Below are positions 60,456 through 64,000 of a stretch of DNA of 64,000 nucleotides, one piece after another. Origin of the DNA: Candidatus Eiseniibacteriota bacterium (GTDB lineage: Bacteria > Eisenbacteria > RBG-16-71-46); NCBI GenBank assembly GCA_963717505.1, contig OY970342.1, forward strand, positions 3,168,001-3,232,000. The letters run 5' to 3'. The position numbers and the translations under genes are program-made. The notes under the pieces are model-generated. The model saw only the letters and a list, made by a program, of their open reading frames with translations. It made no database searches and was not told the origin of the DNA. Numbering within the stretch: position 1 is the stretch's first letter; each line of letters begins with the position of its first letter.

Positions 60456-63416
60456 ATGAACCGTAGGCAAACCCGCGAACACCGGTCAAACCCAGGCCGG
60501 AATCGGGCGCTGATCGCGTGCTCAGCCATCGCGATGCTCGCCCTGTTCTCCTGGGCTCGGGCGCAAACGCAGATCCCGAACCCGCGCGACAAGGAAATCG
60601 TGGCCACGGTGGCAGGCCGGCCGATCGACCGCGGGACGTACGAACGCGCCGCCCAGGGGATCCTCCGGCAGGCGCGTGGTACAGGAACCGACCCCCAGAG
60701 TCCGGCGGTGGAAAAACTCCTGCGCCGCCAGTCACTCGAGCAGCTCATTCGCCATCAGCTCCTGATACTCGAAGCCAAGCGCCAGAAGATCGCGGTGAGC
60801 GCGGCCGAGGTCGACGCCGAGTTCCGCACGCATCCGTACTTCAATGCCAACGGTCGATTCGACTCGGTGCGATACGCCAACGTCAAAGCCGCCAACTCGC
60901 CGGAGTATCGCACGAGCGTCGAGCGCATCCGCGAGGATCTCGCGGCCCGCAAGCTGGATGCGAAGATGCGCCGGCAGTTCACTCCGGAACTGGAACCGAT
61001 TCGGAAGCGCGTCGAACGCCGCCGGACCCGCGCGGACCTCGAATACTTCGCGCTGCGGATCGCCGAATTCGACGGGGACTACCCCGAGCCGCGCGAGACG
61101 GAGGTCCTGGCCTACTACCAGGCACACCGGCGCGATTTCGCGCGCCGCGACCGCGCTGAGGTCCAGGTGTTCGCCGTCCCGGCCGAGGACGAGAAGGCGC
61201 GCGCCGCCGCGCGCGCCGTGGCCGACAGCGTGCTGCGTGAGCTCGAACGGGGAACCACCTACGACGCCGCGGCGTCCGCGTTCGGTGGCTCGCGGCGGGG
61301 CCTGGTCGTGTCGCGCGGCGGCTTCCCGGCCGACTGGGTGATGAGCCCGGCGCTCGAGAACGCCGTGTTCCAGGCGTCGCCGGGCACGGTGCTCTCCGAG
61401 GCGGTCGCGTCTCAGGACGGCTGGCTGATCGTCCGCGTCCAGACCGTGAGCCCCGCCGGGCCCGCGCCGTTGGCCGACGTTGCACGTGAGATCCGCCGCA
61501 TCCTGCGAGATCGAGCTAGAGCGGCCGCCGACGAGGTCCCGATGCGCGAGCTCTACGCGCAGCGCGCATCGATGCTCCGGCAGCCCGCCTTTCGCGTCCG
61601 TTACGCTCGATTCGACGCCGAACGAATGCCCGACGCCAAACCCTCGTCGTCGGACCTCGAACAGTATTACCGCGCGCATCTGGCGGACTTCAGCGTCTAC
61701 GACGAACGCAGCGGCACCATCCGCACCCGCGAACTCGACGAGGTGCGCCCGCAGGTGACGACGGGTTGGCGTGACGCGCGACGGGTTCGCGATGCCCGTG
61801 CGGCCGCGGAGAAGCTGGTATCGGTCTGGCAACGCGGGCGTCGGGACTCGAAACTCGAACGCACCGCAACCCTGATCCGCGATCCGGAGCCGGCGCCGCT
61901 CGGATCCCCGGTCGACACCGGCGGGGTCGGCCGGATCCTCGGAGATTCGCTGTCCGCTCGGAACGGAGCGCTGGGGACCGGCATGATGCCGACCCAGGGT
62001 GGCGCCGTCGTCTTCCACGTGCTCGAACGCATTGCCGACTGGGTTCCATCCTTCGAGGCCTATCGTCCGACGCTCGAAACCGAGCTGGCTCGCGAGCGGG
62101 CCGAACGAGACGAGGCGGCGGCGCGCGCGATGTTCGATCGCGACCCGTTGCGGTTCGCCGAGGGGGACGTCATCCACTTCACGGAAATGGTGGTCCTGAT
62201 TCCCGACATGCTCCAGGTGCCACTCACACGGCAGGAAGTCGAACGCCATCACCTGGAACACATCGAAGACTACGCCGCTCCCGAAGAAGTGCGCGTCCGA
62301 CACATCCTGATCAGCCCCAAGGATTCGAGCCCCGAGGCGGATGCGGCAGCCCGCCGGCAGGCCGAGGAACTGCTGACCCGCATACGCGGTGGCGAGGACA
62401 TCCAGACGCTCGCCCGCCAGTATTCGGAGGATCCGGCGACGCGGGAGAAAGGCGGCGACGTCGGTTTCTTCTCGCGCGGCCGCATGCTGCCCGAGTTCGA
62501 GCGTGTCTCCTTCTCGCTCAAGCCCGGCGAGATCAGCGAGGTCGTCCGCACCCAGGTGGGCTACCACATCATCCAGCTCGCGGATCGAATCCCGCTTTCT
62601 GCGGAACCGCTCGAGCATGTCTACCCCAACGTCGGGGCAGACGCGGCAACTCTCAAGGGCGAACGGATCGCGCAGGAGCGGGCGGACAGTCTGCGCCGGG
62701 TGTTGCGCACCGCGAGCCAGGCCCAGGCCGCGGCCAAACGCCAGGGCCACGAAATCTGGAACCGCCGCCTGCACACCGGTGAGATCGCGAGCATGCCGAC
62801 GCGACTTCAGCCGTACTTCCGCGCCATCCAGGCGCTCAAACCGGGGCAGATCCTGGGCGAGACTCGCTACCTCAAAGGCCACGGTATCGCGTTCGCGTGG
62901 CTCGACAGCATCGCCCCCGAGGATCGTCCGGAATGGTCGCAGGCGCGCGAGCGGGTGATGCAGGTGTGGGAAGCGGAACGAATCGGACACCGTCTCGCCG
63001 CGAAGCGAGCCGAGCTCGACTCGATGGAGGCCGCGGGCTGGCCGGTCGACAGCCTGGGCGCCCTCTGGGGCGGTTTCGAGCACGTCACCGACATCGCGCC
63101 CGGCCGAGGGTTGCCGACACTCGGCGCCCCGGTCGTCGTGGACTCGCTGGTGTTCGGACGATCGACGCCGCCGATGCCGCTGGGGGTGCTCAGTGGCTGG
63201 ATGGATCTGGGACGCGCGATCGGTCGCATGCGGGTCACCGACCGGCGCGCACCTTCGAAGGAGTTCGTGGACGAACAGGTGGAGCGCGAGCGCCGGCTCG
63301 AGATCGAACGCGGACTCTTCGGATGGTACGACCGCCTGAAGGGCGTTTTTGCGGTCGAGATCCTGGATCGCGAGCTGTCCGAGGTCACCCTGCCGCACCC
63401 GCCACCGCCGGACTGA
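60456..63416 (+). CDS. Large SurA/PpiD-like peptidyl-prolyl isomerase chaperone
   Basis: N-terminal TM, SurA_N-like region (VATVAG..I, LEQLI..QLL..EA), intact parvulin domain (VRHILI, SEDPATREKGGDVGF, MLPEFE, RTQVGYHII), plus degenerate repeats. Confidence 0.88.
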   Translation: MNRRQTREHRSNPGRNRALIACSAIAMLALFSWARAQTQIPNPRDKEIVATVAGRPIDRGTYERAAQGILRQARGTGTDPQSPAVEKLLRRQSLEQLIRHQLLILEAKRQKIAVSAAEVDAEFRTHPYFNANGRFDSVRYANVKAANSPEYRTSVERIREDLAARKLDAKMRRQFTPELEPIRKRVERRRTRADLEYFALRIAEFDGDYPEPRETEVLAYYQAHRRDFARRDRAEVQVFAVPAEDEKARAAARAVADSVLRELERGTTYDAAASAFGGSRRGLVVSRGGFPADWVMSPALENAVFQASPGTVLSEAVASQDGWLIVRVQTVSPAGPAPLADVAREIRRILRDRARAAADEVPMRELYAQRASMLRQPAFRVRYARFDAERMPDAKPSSSDLEQYYRAHLADFSVYDERSGTIRTRELDEVRPQVTTGWRDARRVRDARAAAEKLVSVWQRGRRDSKLERTATLIRDPEPAPLGSPVDTGGVGRILGDSLSARNGALGTGMMPTQGGAVVFHVLERIADWVPSFEAYRPTLETELARERAERDEAAARAMFDRDPLRFAEGDVIHFTEMVVLIPDMLQVPLTRQEVERHHLEHIEDYAAPEEVRVRHILISPKDSSPEADAAARRQAEELLTRIRGGEDIQTLARQYSEDPATREKGGDVGFFSRGRMLPEFERVSFSLKPGEISEVVRTQVGYHIIQLADRIPLSAEPLEHVYPNVGADAATLKGERIAQERADSLRRVLRTASQAQAAAKRQGHEIWNRRLHTGEIASMPTRLQPYFRAIQALKPGQILGETRYLKGHGIAFAWLDSIAPEDRPEWSQARERVMQVWEAERIGHRLAAKRAELDSMEAAGWPVDSLGALWGGFEHVTDIAPGRGLPTLGAPVVVDSLVFGRSTPPMPLGVLSGWMDLGRAIGRMRVTDRRAPSKEFVDEQVERERRLEIERGLFGWYDRLKGVFAVEILDRELSEVTLPHPPPPD

Positions 63417-63459
63417 ACCCTGCACCCGACCGGTCCCGAGTGATAGGGTCGGGTTCCCG

Positions 63460-64000
63460 ATGACGATTCCGACTTCCGTTTCACCGAGCCGCGTCGTGCT
63501 CGTCGATCTCGATTGGGCCGATGCCGATCTCCTGCCGGAGTTGTTGCGGCAGGCTCGGGTCCAGGTCCGTAAGGTCGCTGGCCGGTCCACGCGCGATCCG
63601 GGGATGCGCCTCGCTGAACTGTGCGGCGTGCCGCGCACACTCGAGCTCGAAGATCTGGCCCGCGACTCGTTCGACGTCGCCGTCGTCGGCTCGGCGAGTT
63701 CGCGGCGACAACGCATCGACGAGCTGGTTGGCCGGGCGGGCGCCACGCTCCTCGAGCCTCGCCAGTGGGTCGGCGATCCCCATGGGCAATCGCGAGACGA
63801 TATCGTGCCGCCTCGATCCGGGCCGGACCTCACCGAGCTCACGCCCGAAGCGCTGGCCGAGCGGGTCGATTCCGCGATCCCGGATCTGACCCCTTCGCCG
63901 GGAGCGGATCGCGACCCCGGAACCCATCCGACCTCGACCGGCCGAATGTGGCTCTCGGCTCGCGCGTTGGAGGCGCGCCTCGAGGATGCGCTCGAGCGTC
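63460..64000 (+). CDS. Hypothetical protein, N-terminal part (runs off the window)
   Basis: Open frame MTIPTSVSPSRVVLVDLDWADADLLPELL...SFDVAVVG, with no stop before the window end. Confidence 0.55.
   Translation, partial: MTIPTSVSPSRVVLVDLDWADADLLPELLRQARVQVRKVAGRSTRDPGMRLAELCGVPRTLELEDLARDSFDVAVVGSASSRRQRIDELVGRAGATLLEPRQWVGDPHGQSRDDIVPPRSGPDLTELTPEALAERVDSAIPDLTPSPGADRDPGTHPTSTGRMWLSARALEARLEDALER

Overview
High-GC bacterial chromosomal window. Gene content is consistent with an FCB-related candidate phylum such as Ca. Eisenbacteria; this is an inference, not proven. In order: tdh(partial)-kbl; a reverse-strand minor-pilin operon (pilV/pilW/pilX-like) whose PilW carries a very large adhesin extension; a secreted VPS10/BNR beta-propeller protein; gcvT-H-PA-PB running directly into an uncharacterised 8-gene module (two small genes, an orphan GlmL/MutL ASKHA ATPase, a lipoyl-like-domain protein, an FN3-DUF6754 protein, three membrane proteins) followed by a lipoate-protein ligase; an oligopeptide ABC transporter with two binding proteins; a compact bacterial microcompartment (BMC) locus (1 BMC-H, 3 BMC-P, 1 BMC-T, an aldehyde dehydrogenase, no signature enzyme); fmdB-like, IHF/HU, a 31-aa bS22-like ribosomal protein, RNase R, PilZ, aroA-cmk-plsC-rpsA, a TPR/SPOR protein and mutS; a compositionally distinct islet (FG-GAP protein plus HNH nuclease); YkgJ, YvlD-like and YitJ (MetH-N/MetF); an S55 peptidase plus beta-propeller pair, GT87-like, DUF4910 peptidase, pgeF and a large PPIase. 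Many genes between about 18 and 44 kb, including rpsA, carry small indels that are most likely assembly errors, so the ORF track fragments or falsely fuses them. The best candidates for an undescribed system are the GlmL/DUF6754 membrane module wired into the glycine-cleavage operon and the signature-less BMC. No rRNA, tRNA or CRISPR array was seen.
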